Positions 24,490 to 34,201 of a stretch of 64,000 nt of DNA are shown one piece after another. Below the pieces are notes generated by a model that was given only the letters and a program-made list of their open reading frames with translations, made no database searches and had not been told where the DNA came from. This DNA comes from a virus (lineage: Duplodnaviria > Caudoviricetes), in IMG/VR virus record IMGVR_UViG_3300044878_000205, positions 12,589 to 76,588 of that record; one strand, given 5' to 3'. Both the position numbers and the translations under genes were made by a program. Every line of letters starts with the position of its first letter. Position 1 is the stretch's first letter.

Positions 24490-25712
24490 TGAAAGTATTA
24501 AAGAAACTCGGCCAGTTGATGGGCCGCAAGAGCGATCCCCTGGTCATCGACACGCCGGAAAAATTGGCGCGCGCCCTGGGGATCGGCTACGACAGCACCG
24601 CCGGGCAGATGGTCACCACCACCAGCGCCATGCAGCAGACGGCGGTGTTCAACTGCGTGCGGGTGCTGGCCGAATCGGTGGGCATGCTGCCCTGCCGGCT
24701 GTTCAAGAAGTCCGGCCGCGACTTGCTGCCGGCCACCGATCACCGGCTGCATGAGCTGTTGACCATCGCACCGAATGACTACATGACCGCCCAGGAGTTT
24801 TGGGAGCTGCTGGTGGCCTGCCTGTGCCTGCGCGGCAACTTCTTTGCCTACAAGGTCGTGGCCCTGGGCAACGTGGTCGAGCTGCTGCCGCTCAACCCGT
24901 CGATTGTCACGCCCAAGCTCAAGGACGATTGGACGGTCGAGTACAAAGTCGACTTTGCCGACGGCACCCGCTATCTGTCCCAGGATGAAATCTGGCATGT
25001 GCGCCTGTTCACCCTGGACGGTCTCAACGGTCTGAATCCGATTGCCTATGCCCGGCAAGCCCTGGGCTTGGGGCAGGCGATGGAGGCGCACGCGGCGAAG
25101 TTGTTCACCAACGGCGCGGTCACCTCCGGCGTGTTGTCCACCGAGCAGGCGTTGAGCGACGAAGCCTTCGGGCGGTTGAAGACGCAGTTCCAGGGCGAGC
25201 ACATGGGCGTGGCCAACGCCTATAAGCCGATGATCCTGGAGATGGGCCTGAACTGGAAACCGATCAGCCTCAATGCCCAGGACACGCAGTTCATCGAATC
25301 CAGGCGCCTGAGCGAGTCGCAGATCTGCGGCCTGTTTCGCGTGCCGCCGCACCTGGTGGCGAACCTGGAAAAGATGACCCTGAGCAACGTCGAAAACATG
25401 GGCATGAGCTTCGTCAATTACTCGTTGGTGCCCTACCTGACCCGCATCGAACACCGCATTCAAGTCGGCCTGCTGAAGAAGTCTGAGCGAATTAGCTATT
25501 TCGCGAAGTTCAACGCCGGCGCGCTGATGCGTGGCGACCTCAAGGGCCGCTACGAATCCTACGGCAAGGGCATTCAGTGGGGGATTTTGAGCCCCAACGA
25601 TTGCCGCGAACTGGAAGACCTCAACCCCCGCGAGGGCGGCGATATCTACCTGACCCCGATGAACATGACCACCAACCCCGAGGCGGACGATGCAAACAAA
25701 ACAAAGACGTGA
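24489..25712 (+). CDS. Portal protein, HK97 family
   Basis: VFNCVRVLAESVGMLP, ICGLFRVPPHLV, SPNDCRELEDL. Confidence 0.95.
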   Translation: MKVLKKLGQLMGRKSDPLVIDTPEKLARALGIGYDSTAGQMVTTTSAMQQTAVFNCVRVLAESVGMLPCRLFKKSGRDLLPATDHRLHELLTIAPNDYMTAQEFWELLVACLCLRGNFFAYKVVALGNVVELLPLNPSIVTPKLKDDWTVEYKVDFADGTRYLSQDEIWHVRLFTLDGLNGLNPIAYARQALGLGQAMEAHAAKLFTNGAVTSGVLSTEQALSDEAFGRLKTQFQGEHMGVANAYKPMILEMGLNWKPISLNAQDTQFIESRRLSESQICGLFRVPPHLVANLEKMTLSNVENMGMSFVNYSLVPYLTRIEHRIQVGLLKKSERISYFAKFNAGALMRGDLKGRYESYGKGIQWGILSPNDCRELEDLNPREGGDIYLTPMNMTTNPEADDANKTKT

Positions 25713-26349
25713 CCTGCCGCTGACGCTTAAGTCGGTCAGCGAGACGGGCGAGTTTGAAGGCTATGGCTCGGTGTTCGGGGTCAAGGATGCCCACTCGGAC
25801 ATCATCGTACCGGGTGCCTTCCAGAAGTCCTTGGCGGCCTGGGCTTTGAAGGGCCGCTTTCCGGCAATGCTCTGGCAGCACCGCATGGACGAGCCCATCG
25901 GCATTTACACCGAGATGCGCGAGGACGACGTCGGCCTCTACGTCAAGGGGCGGCTGTTGATCGACGCTGATCCGCTGGCCAAACGTGCGCATGCGCACAT
26001 GAAGGCCGGCAGCCTGACCGGTCTGTCGATTGGCTACATCCTCGCGGACAACGGCTACGAATACGACAAGGACAAGGGCGCCTGGCTGCTCAAGGAAATT
26101 GACCTGTGGGAAGTCTCCCCGGTGACCTTCCCGTCCAACGACGAGGCGCGTATTGCCGACGTGAAATCACTGCTGGCGCGCGGGGAAACGCCGCCGCCGA
26201 GCAAGGTCGAGAAAGCCCTGCGTGAAGTGGGGTTCTCGGGTTCCCAGGCCAAGGCCTTTATGGCCAAAGGCTACAGCGCCATTGGCCCGCGAGAGGCGGG
26301 GCAGGATCAAGCGCTGGACTCCGTTAAATCACTTATTTCCCGAATCTGA
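25690..26349 (+). CDS. Prohead protease, HK97 family
   Basis: FEGYGSVF, MLWQH, GLSIGY, LWEVSPVTFP. Confidence 0.95.
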   Translation: MQTKQRRDLPLTLKSVSETGEFEGYGSVFGVKDAHSDIIVPGAFQKSLAAWALKGRFPAMLWQHRMDEPIGIYTEMREDDVGLYVKGRLLIDADPLAKRAHAHMKAGSLTGLSIGYILADNGYEYDKDKGAWLLKEIDLWEVSPVTFPSNDEARIADVKSLLARGETPPPSKVEKALREVGFSGSQAKAFMAKGYSAIGPREAGQDQALDSVKSLISRI

Positions 26350-26360
26350 AGGAGCCTCTC

Positions 26361-27566
26361 ATGGCTGTTGAATTAAAAGATGTGCAGGACGTGGCCGAAG
26401 CCCTCGGCAAAAAGTTTGACGAGTTCAAAGAGCGCAACGACAAGCGTGTCGACGCGCTGGAAGCGGAAAAGGGCAAACTCTCCGGTCAGGTCGAGACCCT
26501 CAACGGCAAGTTGACCGAGCTGGACGAGTTGAAGTCCAACCTGGAGAAGGAGCTGCTGGAGCTCAAACGTCCAGGTGGCGGCGGTAACAACAAGGCGGTG
26601 TCTGAGCACAAGGCAGCGTTCCTGTCGTTCGTGCGCAAGGGTAAAGAAGACGGCCTCGCCGAGCTGCAGCAGAAGGCCCTGCAGACCACCGTCGATGCCG
26701 ACGGCGGTTTTGCCGTGCCGGAAGAGCTGGACCGCAACATCCTCACCCTGCTGAAAGACGTATCGCCGATGCGCCAAGTCTGTGGGCAGATGACCATCGG
26801 TACCGCGGACTATAAAAAACTGGTCAGCCAAGGCGGTGCTGGTTCCGGCTGGGTCGGCGAAACGGACGCACGCCCAGAAACCGGCACTCCGACCCTGGCA
26901 CAGATCGCGGCGTTTATGGGCGAGATTTATGCCAACCCGAAAGCGACCCAGACCAGCCTCGACGACCTGTTCTTCGATGCCGAGGCCTGGCTCAACGGCG
27001 AAGTGGCCCGCGAGTTTTCCGAGCGCGAAGGCGCCGCCTTCCTCACCGGTGACGGCACCCTCAAACCGAAAGGTTTGCTGGCCTACACCATGGCCTTGAC
27101 CGACGACAAGACCCGCGCCTTCGGCCAGCTGCAGAAGATCAAATCGGGCACTGCCGGCGACTTTGACGCCGATGACCTGCTCAAACTGGTGTACAGCCTG
27201 AAGGCCGGCTATCGCCCTGGTGCGAATTGGATGATGCCAACCATGACCCTGTTCAAGGTGCGCACCTTCAAGGACGCCACCAGCGGCGCCTATATCTGGC
27301 AGCCGGGTCTGCAGGCCGGTCAGCCGTCGAGCCTGCTCGGCTACGGCATCGCCGAAAACGAGGACATGCCAGCGGTGGCGGCGGATGCTAACGCGGTGGT
27401 GTTTGCCGACTTCAAACGCGCCTACACCATTGTCGACCGCCTCGGCACCCGCGTGCTGCGTGACCCGTACACCAACAAGCCGAACGTCAGCTTCTACACC
27501 ACCAAGCGCGTCGGCGGCATGCTGACCGACTCGTGTGCGGCCAAGGTGCTGACCCTCAGCGTGTAA
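26361..27566 (+). CDS. Major capsid protein, HK97 family
   Basis: Coiled-coil delta domain, DGGFAVPEEL, FLTGDG..KPKG, RDPYTNKP. Confidence 0.95.
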   Translation: MAVELKDVQDVAEALGKKFDEFKERNDKRVDALEAEKGKLSGQVETLNGKLTELDELKSNLEKELLELKRPGGGGNNKAVSEHKAAFLSFVRKGKEDGLAELQQKALQTTVDADGGFAVPEELDRNILTLLKDVSPMRQVCGQMTIGTADYKKLVSQGGAGSGWVGETDARPETGTPTLAQIAAFMGEIYANPKATQTSLDDLFFDAEAWLNGEVAREFSEREGAAFLTGDGTLKPKGLLAYTMALTDDKTRAFGQLQKIKSGTAGDFDADDLLKLVYSLKAGYRPGANWMMPTMTLFKVRTFKDATSGAYIWQPGLQAGQPSSLLGYGIAENEDMPAVAADANAVVFADFKRAYTIVDRLGTRVLRDPYTNKPNVSFYTTKRVGGMLTDSCAAKVLTLSV

Positions 27567-27614
27567 CCGCCCAGGGCACCCTGCGGGGTGCCCTGGCTTC
27601 AAGGAGGTAGGGTT

Positions 27615-27854
27615 ATGCCAAGAATTCTAGTCACCGCGGCCTTCAAGTTCGCGGTCGATGGCCTGCATGTGATCGAGGTCGAGCCGGGCGAGCAGGACGT
27701 GTCCGAGCGCTGCGCCGAAGTGGCGGTGGACCACCTCAAGGTGGCGAGTCGTTTGGATGGCTCTGCGCCCGTCAAGCCGGCGATCCCGCCCAAGCCTGTG
27801 GCTAAGCCGAAGACTGCCGCCAAACCCAAGGCGAACGCCGGGGGCGCGGCATGA
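27615..27854 (+). CDS. Small head-associated hypothetical protein
   Basis: aaggagg RBS; follows capsid gene. Confidence 0.7.
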   Translation: MPRILVTAAFKFAVDGLHVIEVEPGEQDVSERCAEVAVDHLKVASRLDGSAPVKPAIPPKPVAKPKTAAKPKANAGGAA

Positions 27855-28165
27855 TCGATCTGGCCAAGGTGAAGTTGCACCTGCGGGTCGATGTGGCGGA
27901 TGAAGATGAGCTGCTGCAGGACTACATCGACGCGGCGATCAGTTCGTTCCAGACCTGGTGCAACCGCACCTTGGTCGCGCCGGGCGAGGCGTTGCCGGAG
28001 CCGCTGGGCAATGCCCTGGTACTGAGCAAGAGCATTGCCCAGGGCGCGCTGTTGTTGATCGGGCATTGGTACGCCAATCGTGAATCCTCGGTGCTCGGGG
28101 TGGCCGCGGAGCTGCCGCTGTCCACCCAGGCGTTGTGGCGTCCGCACCGTTGGATGAACATCTGA
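27851..28165 (+). CDS. Head-tail connector (HK97 gp6-like)
   Basis: VKLHLRVD, LLLIGHWYANRE. Confidence 0.9.
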   Translation: MIDLAKVKLHLRVDVADEDELLQDYIDAAISSFQTWCNRTLVAPGEALPEPLGNALVLSKSIAQGALLLIGHWYANRESSVLGVAAELPLSTQALWRPHRWMNI

Positions 28166-28177
28166 TAAGGAGAGGCC

Positions 28178-28585
28178 ATGGCCTATCGAGAACCGGCGGC
28201 CGGCGATCTGACCCGGCGGGTCGCCATCCGCCTGCGCACCGATATCCCGGCCGACGACATGGGCGTGGACTCGGAGTTTTCCGAGATCAAACCGCGTTGG
28301 GCCAAGATTGAACCGGTCGGCACCGGCGTGTATTCGGCCGGGGTGCAGACCGGCAACAAGGTCACGCACCGGATCTGGATCAGGGCACTGCCGGGCGTCA
28401 CCGAGGCGCATGAAGTGGTGCACGTCACGCACCTGCCCGGCGCTCCGGTGTATTCGGTGGTCGAGGGTTCGCCGATCTACCGGATCAAACGTAATGCCGA
28501 CTTGAACGGTGGCCGGCGTTTCACCCTGCTCGAGGTCGAGGAGCTGGGAGCGACTCAAGCGGGGTTAAACATCTATGGCGAGTAG
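28178..28585 (+). CDS. Head closure / head-tail adaptor
   Basis: GDLTRRVAI, WAKIEP, THRIWIR. Confidence 0.8.
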   Translation: MAYREPAAGDLTRRVAIRLRTDIPADDMGVDSEFSEIKPRWAKIEPVGTGVYSAGVQTGNKVTHRIWIRALPGVTEAHEVVHVTHLPGAPVYSVVEGSPIYRIKRNADLNGGRRFTLLEVEELGATQAGLNIYGE

Positions 28586-29093
28586 TCCAGCGGCATACCT
28601 GCACTTTGGCGAGTTTGACTCCTACGGCAAGCTCGACTTCGACAAAAAAGCTATCCGCAAGGGCATGCGCCTGGTCGGTGCCCTGGTGCGCCGGGAAGCC
28701 CGCGCCCTGGTCAACAAGCATGAGCCTTCGGCGGGTGGCGAGTATCCCGCGCGCGCCGCGGGCCTGCTGTACCGCTCGATCCGCGCCAAGGTCAGCCGGC
28801 CGGGGTTTCTGGTCAAGATCGCCCCGCAAAAGATCGCCGGCATGAAGGACTTCTACCCGGCGTACCTGCATTACGGGGTCAAGCAGGGCGGGCGTTTGAA
28901 GTCGCTGAACCCCGACAAGATCAAAGGTCGTGGCCGCCGCGGTCGGGGTGTCCGGGCCGCCGCCCTGGCCGCACGGGCCGCCGGCGCCTGGAAGCTGGAG
29001 CCGCGTAAAAACTTCATGGCCGATGCCTTGGAGAGCAGCACGGACCGGGTCCAGCAGATCCTCCGACAAGCGTTCGCCGACTCGCTGAAGTGA
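28575..29093 (+). CDS. HK97 gp10-like neck protein
   Basis: GLLYRSI, YLHYG, PRKNFM; gene order. Confidence 0.65.
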   Translation: MASSPAAYLHFGEFDSYGKLDFDKKAIRKGMRLVGALVRREARALVNKHEPSAGGEYPARAAGLLYRSIRAKVSRPGFLVKIAPQKIAGMKDFYPAYLHYGVKQGGRLKSLNPDKIKGRGRRGRGVRAAALAARAAGAWKLEPRKNFMADALESSTDRVQQILRQAFADSLK

Positions 29094-29111
29094 GCGGTGT
29101 GGGTGTGTGAT

Positions 29112-29134
29112 GCCCGCTTCGGCGGGTTTTTTTT
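29112..29134 (+). terminator. Intrinsic terminator
   Basis: gcccgc-ttcg-gcgggt + T-run. Confidence 0.75.
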
Positions 29135-29150
29135 CGCCTGGACATAACCG

Positions 29151-29759
29151 ATGAAAATTACGCCTGTCGTGGCGCACCTGCGCCAGTACTGCCCGAGCTT
29201 CCAAGACCGTGTGGTCGGGGGCATTGATTTCGAGGCGGTGGCCAACAGCACCAAGCTGAGCCGGCCGTCCGCCTATGTGATTGCCACCGGTGATGTGGCC
29301 CGCAAAAACCAGATGCAGAACGCGGCGCAGCAAGTCATCCGCGATGACTTTGACGTGGTCCTGGTGCTCGACACCCAGGACGAGCGCGGCCAGGAAGCGG
29401 TCGACCTGCTGCACGACCTGCGTGCCGAGTTGTGGCGTGCCCTGGTCGGCTGGACGCCCGGCCCGGAGTACGACCCCATCGAATACGCCGGCGGCGAGGC
29501 GGTGGCGATCAACCGCGCGCGGGTGCTCTACCGCTTCAGCTTCACCGCCGAGTTCCAGCTGGGGCGCAACCGGCAGAGCGAGCCGGCCGAGACCTGGGTC
29601 GAGCATGAGCTGGACGGCCTGCCGCCGCTGGTGGGCCTTGACGTCCGCGTGGACTTCATCGACCCGGCTGATCCCAACCTGTCGCAACCTGGCCCCGATG
29701 GCCGGGTCGAGGCGACTTTCTCCGTTGAACTACCGCAACCCACTGAGGACTCTCCATGA
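29151..29759 (+). CDS. Tail terminator-like protein
   Basis: LWRALVGWTP motif; position before sheath. Confidence 0.65.
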   Translation: MKITPVVAHLRQYCPSFQDRVVGGIDFEAVANSTKLSRPSAYVIATGDVARKNQMQNAAQQVIRDDFDVVLVLDTQDERGQEAVDLLHDLRAELWRALVGWTPGPEYDPIEYAGGEAVAINRARVLYRFSFTAEFQLGRNRQSEPAETWVEHELDGLPPLVGLDVRVDFIDPADPNLSQPGPDGRVEATFSVELPQPTEDSP

Positions 29760-29965
29760 GCCGCATGACTGTGTACCCCGCCGCGGGCCGGGTGGTGCCC
29801 GACCCTGAAGCCGGCGGCAACTTGCCCGCGGAGGGACGTGACGTCCCGCGTGACGCTTATTGGCTGCGCCGCCTGCAGGATCAGGACGTCACCCTCGACG
29901 CGCCGAAGCAGGCCAAGGCCACCCCTAAAACCCCGGCTTCGGCCACCCCTGGGAGCGCTGAATAA
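29756..29965 (+). CDS. Mu gp38/DUF2635-like small tail protein
   Basis: VPDP...LPAEG...YWLRRLQDQDV. Confidence 0.8.
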   Translation: MSRMTVYPAAGRVVPDPEAGGNLPAEGRDVPRDAYWLRRLQDQDVTLDAPKQAKATPKTPASATPGSAE

Positions 29966-31449
29966 TGCCGGTCAATTTCAATTCCATCCCCAGCGATCTG
30001 CGCGTGCCGCTGTTCTACGCCGAGGTCGACAATTCGCAGGCCAACAGCGGCGGTTCGCGCATGCCGCGGCTGATCGTGGCGCAGGTCAACGACGACGCCA
30101 CCGCGGCGGAAATTGGCCAGCTCACCCTGGTATCGAGCCTGGGCCTGGCCAAGAGCATCGGCGGCATCGGCTCGATGCTCGCGCAGATGTACGACACCTG
30201 GCGCCGTAGCGATCCGGCGGGCGAGGTCTGGTGCCTGCCGCTCAAGGGCACCGGCGTCAAGGCGTCCGGTACCGTGACGCTCACCGGCACGGCCACCGCC
30301 GGTGGCGAGCTGAACCTGTATGTCGGTGGCAGCCGTGTGCGCGCGACCGTGACCAAAGGCGCCACCCCGACGGCCGCGGCCGCGGCGTTGGCGGCGGCAG
30401 TGAATGCTGCCGGGCTGCCGGTGACGGCCGTGGCGGCCGTCGGCGTGGTGACCCTGACCTGTAAATGGTCTGGCCTGAGCGGTAACGACCTGGCGCTGCA
30501 ACTCAATCGTTTGGGCCGTAACAACGGCGAGGCCACCCCCGCCGGGCTGACCGCCGTGGTGGCGCCGATGACTGGCGGCGTGGGCACGCCCGACGTCGCG
30601 GTGGCCTTGGCCAGCCTCGGCGACGAGCCGTTCGAGTTCATCTGTGCGCCGTGGGCCGATGCCACCTCGCTGGACGCTTGGAAAGCCTTCATGGACGACT
30701 CCAGCGGCCGCTGGAGCTGGGCCAAGCAGCTTTATGGGCATGTCTACACCGCCCAGCGCGGCACCCTCGGCGAACTGGTGGCGTTGAGCGCGACGCGCAA
30801 CGATCAGCACGCCACCATTCACGGCTTTGAAGCGAGCTGCCCTGATCCGGTGTGGAACGTGGCGGCGGCCTATGCGGCGCGCACGGCGGTGTTCATCTCG
30901 GCGGACCCGGCGCGGCCGACGCAAACTGGCGAGCTGGCGGGTATCACCCCGGCCCCGGCCGGTGCGCGCTTCACCTTGACCGAGCGCCAGTCGTTGTTGA
31001 GCCGCGGCATTGCCACGGCCTACTTCGGTGGCGGCGCGCAGCGCATCGAGCGGGCGATCACCAGTTATCAGTTCAACGCCTTCGGCCAGGCGGATGACTC
31101 CTACCTGGACAGCGAGACGCTGCACCAGTCGGCGTTTGTGATTGGCACCCTGAAGTCGCGGGTCACCAGCAAGTACGGCCGGCACAAGCTGGCCAATGAC
31201 GGCACGCGCTTCGGCGCTGGCCAGGCCATCGTCACGCCGAACGTGATTCGCGCGGAAATGATCGCCGGCTACTACGCGCTGGAGCAGCTGGGCATCGTGG
31301 AAAATGCCGACGCCTTCGCGGCGCACCTGATCGTCGAGCGTTCGAGCACCAACCCGAACCGGGTGAACATCTTGTATCCGCCGGACCTGGTCAATCAGCT
31401 GCGGATCTTCGCGCTGCAGTACCAGTTCCGCCTGCAGTACGCGGTCTGA
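29965..31449 (+). CDS. Tail sheath protein (Mu gpL-like)
   Basis: RVPLFYAEVDNSQA, DPARPTQT, PPDLVNQLRIFA. Confidence 0.95.
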   Translation: MPVNFNSIPSDLRVPLFYAEVDNSQANSGGSRMPRLIVAQVNDDATAAEIGQLTLVSSLGLAKSIGGIGSMLAQMYDTWRRSDPAGEVWCLPLKGTGVKASGTVTLTGTATAGGELNLYVGGSRVRATVTKGATPTAAAAALAAAVNAAGLPVTAVAAVGVVTLTCKWSGLSGNDLALQLNRLGRNNGEATPAGLTAVVAPMTGGVGTPDVAVALASLGDEPFEFICAPWADATSLDAWKAFMDDSSGRWSWAKQLYGHVYTAQRGTLGELVALSATRNDQHATIHGFEASCPDPVWNVAAAYAARTAVFISADPARPTQTGELAGITPAPAGARFTLTERQSLLSRGIATAYFGGGAQRIERAITSYQFNAFGQADDSYLDSETLHQSAFVIGTLKSRVTSKYGRHKLANDGTRFGAGQAIVTPNVIRAEMIAGYYALEQLGIVENADAFAAHLIVERSSTNPNRVNILYPPDLVNQLRIFALQYQFRLQYAV

Positions 31450-31465
31450 ATTCACCCCCGTTCAT

Positions 31466-31489
31466 AGCCCGCCGCGTGCGGGCTTTTTT
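31466..31489 (+). terminator. Intrinsic terminator-like hairpin
   Basis: agcccgc-cgcgt-gcgggct + T-run. Confidence 0.65.
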
Positions 31490-31503
31490 GTAGGAGAGAG
31501 GCC

Positions 31504-31851
31504 ATGGGCCAGAAAGTTGCGGGCACCGTCTACATCAAGGCAGACGGCGTTCAGTTCACCGTTACCGGCGGTGTGGAAGTGCCGCTGAGTGACGTCAAGC
31601 GCGAAACCGTGGCGCCGGGCTTTTTCAAGGAAGAGGACCTGCCGGCGTTTGTGAAGGCCACCGTGGTGGATTCGCCGGACCTGCCGATCAAGCAAATCAT
31701 GGCGGCCACCGACCAGACGATCACCGTCGAGTTCAAGAACGGCCGGGTCTACGTGCTGGCCGGTGGTTATGTGGTGGACGAGCCGACGTCCAAGGGCGAT
31801 GACGGCACCATCGACATTCAGTGGGATGGCAACAAAGGGGGCTTCCAATGA
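31504..31851 (+). CDS. Tail tube protein (Mu gpM-like)
   Basis: VAGTVYIKADG; follows sheath. Confidence 0.88.
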   Translation: MGQKVAGTVYIKADGVQFTVTGGVEVPLSDVKRETVAPGFFKEEDLPAFVKATVVDSPDLPIKQIMAATDQTITVEFKNGRVYVLAGGYVVDEPTSKGDDGTIDIQWDGNKGGFQ

Positions 31852-32150
31852 GCCAAGTGACGACCTACAAACTGGCCGCGCCGATTCAGGCGCATGACCA
31901 GGAAGTGCTGGAGCTGACCCTGCGCCGGCCGACCGTGGCCGAGGTCCGCGCGATCAAGGCGTTGCCGTACAAAATCGACAAAAACGAGGACGTCTCGCTC
32001 GACCTGGACGTGTCGGCCAAGTACATCGCGATCTGTGCCGGCATTCCTTCGCCGTCGGTCAACCAGCTGGACCTGGCGGACCTGAACAAACTGGCGTGGG
32101 CGGTTTCGGGTTTTTTCATGACTGCGGCATCGGTGAAGTCGACGACCTGA
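31848..32150 (+). CDS. Tail assembly chaperone (Mu gp41 / P2 gpE-like)
   Basis: ELTLRRPT...LDLADL; precedes tape measure. Confidence 0.85.
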   Translation: MSQVTTYKLAAPIQAHDQEVLELTLRRPTVAEVRAIKALPYKIDKNEDVSLDLDVSAKYIAICAGIPSPSVNQLDLADLNKLAWAVSGFFMTAASVKSTT

Positions 32151-32278
32151 TTGCCGTGGTCTATGACCTGGCCTTTTTCTGGAAGGTTGGACCCGAACAG
32201 ATGATGGTGCTGCCGCTGGATACGTTCGCCGAATCGCTGGCGAACGCCCAGCGCATTAATCAAGTTCAGCAGGGGTAG
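32108..32278 (+). other. Programmed -1 frameshift site and extension of the tail chaperone (gpE'-like)
   Basis: Slippery G-GGT-TTT-TTC at 32108-32117; the -1 frame stays open to 32278, just before the tape measure ATG. Confidence 0.75.
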
Positions 32279-32281
32279 GGT

Positions 32282-34201
32282 ATGGCCGATAAGTTTCAAC
32301 TCAAGGCGCTGATCACCGGCGTCGACAAGCTGTCACCGACCCTGGCCGGTATCCGGAAAAACGTCTCCGGCTTTCGCAAAGGGCTGGAGAGCACCGGGCT
32401 GGGCAAGATCGGCTTTAGCGACATCGTCACCGGCGGGGCCTTGGCGGCCCCGTTCCTTGCCGGGGCCGCGGCGGCGATTGAATTCGAGTCGCAAATGGCC
32501 GATGTGAAAAAGGTGGTCAACTTTGACACCCCGACGCAGTTCAAGCAGATGGGCGAGGACATCAGCAAAATGTCCGAGCGGCTGCCGATGGCCGCCAATG
32601 ACATCGCCAAGATCGTCGCCGCCGGCGGCCAGTCGGGCATAGCCCGCGAGGAGCTGCTGGGCTTTGCTGAGGCGGCGGTGAAGATGGGCATTGCCTTCGA
32701 CCAGAGCGCTGACGAAAGCGGCAGCATGATGGCGACGTGGCGCACGGCGTTCAAAATGACCCAGACCGATGTGGTCGGCTTGGCGGATAAAATCAACTAC
32801 CTGGGCAACACCGGCCCGGCCAACACCAAGCAAATTTCCGGCATCGTTACGGAAGTCGGGGCGCTGGGTGAGGTGGCCGGCCTTTCGTCGGGGCAGATCG
32901 CCGCGATGGGGGCGACCATGGCCGGCGTCGGCGTGAAGCAAGATGTGGCCGCGACCGGCATCAAGAACTTTATGTTGGCGCTGACCAAAGGTTCGGCGGC
33001 GACCACAGCCCAGGCGGAGGCTTACAAGGCGTTACGGCTGGACTCGAAAAGCGTGGCGGTGGCGATGCAGAAAGATGCGCAGGGGACCATGCTGGATCTG
33101 CTCAAGCGCATTTCGCAGGTCGATAAAGCCAAGCGTCCCGCGTTGCTGACCAATTTATTCGGCAGCGAATCGATCTCGGCCATTACGCCGCTGTTGACCA
33201 ACCTGGCGCTGCTCGAGAGCAACTTGCAAAAGGTCGGCGACACCACGAAATATGCCGGCTCGATGGATACGGAGTACGCCTCGCGCGCGGCCACCACGGC
33301 CAACAACCTGCAGCTGTTGCGCAACGCCGCGGCCAGCGTCGCGCGAGCGGTGGGCAATGCCCTGCTGCCGGGGATCAACGCGGTGGTCGATAGCCTGCGG
33401 CCGATGATTTCGACCGCGGCCGAGTTGATCCAGGCCAACCCACAGTTGGTCAAGGGCCTGGCCATCGCCGGCGCAGCCTTCACCGCGCTGCGCATTGGGG
33501 TGTACGCCGCGACCGTGGCCACCCGGGTGTTGGGCGTGGCGTTTGCCGCCTCGCCGGTGGGCATCATTGCCGTGGGCATTGCGGCGGCGGCCGGGTTGAT
33601 CGTGGCCAATTGGGACACGGTCGGGCCGTTCTTCACCGCGCTATGGGAGTTGATCAAGGCGCTGGCCACCCCGTTCATGGACTTCATGAAAACGCTGTTT
33701 GATTGGTCGCCGCTGGGCATGCTGGTCAAGCACTGGTCGCCGATCACCGCCTTTTTTAAAGGGTTGTGGGAGGGCGTTAAACCGTATCTGCAGCCGATCC
33801 TGAGTCTGTTCGGGATGGAGGAGGGCGGCGCGGGGCTCACGGCCAAGGTGGCGAGTTACGCCGAGGAGCAACGTCAGCGCAATGCCGGTGCTGGCGGCGG
33901 TACCGGCGCGTTCCTGCAGGCCGACGCGGTGAACATTGCCAAGGGCCAACAGGCGCAACGCAACCTGACCCAAGCCGGCCTCGATCCCGGGCAACTGTTG
34001 CGGCCGCCGGCGATGCCGGCCCCGGGCGCTCTGCTGCAGCAGGGCGCGGGGAATAACCGGGCGCAGTTGGAAGGCGGCCTGGTGATGCGTTTCGAGAATG
34101 CCCCGCCCGGCTTTCGGGTCGATCCGGGGACCAGCAATCAGCCGGGTCTGTCGATCACGCCGAAGGTCGGCTACCGCTCGCTGGCAGGGAGTAACCCGTA
34201 A
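32282..34201 (+). CDS. Tail tape measure protein (TP901 family)
   Basis: FESQMADVKKV core, Ala/Gly-rich, W-repeats. Confidence 0.92.
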   Translation: MADKFQLKALITGVDKLSPTLAGIRKNVSGFRKGLESTGLGKIGFSDIVTGGALAAPFLAGAAAAIEFESQMADVKKVVNFDTPTQFKQMGEDISKMSERLPMAANDIAKIVAAGGQSGIAREELLGFAEAAVKMGIAFDQSADESGSMMATWRTAFKMTQTDVVGLADKINYLGNTGPANTKQISGIVTEVGALGEVAGLSSGQIAAMGATMAGVGVKQDVAATGIKNFMLALTKGSAATTAQAEAYKALRLDSKSVAVAMQKDAQGTMLDLLKRISQVDKAKRPALLTNLFGSESISAITPLLTNLALLESNLQKVGDTTKYAGSMDTEYASRAATTANNLQLLRNAAASVARAVGNALLPGINAVVDSLRPMISTAAELIQANPQLVKGLAIAGAAFTALRIGVYAATVATRVLGVAFAASPVGIIAVGIAAAAGLIVANWDTVGPFFTALWELIKALATPFMDFMKTLFDWSPLGMLVKHWSPITAFFKGLWEGVKPYLQPILSLFGMEEGGAGLTAKVASYAEEQRQRNAGAGGGTGAFLQADAVNIAKGQQAQRNLTQAGLDPGQLLRPPAMPAPGALLQQGAGNNRAQLEGGLVMRFENAPPGFRVDPGTSNQPGLSITPKVGYRSLAGSNP

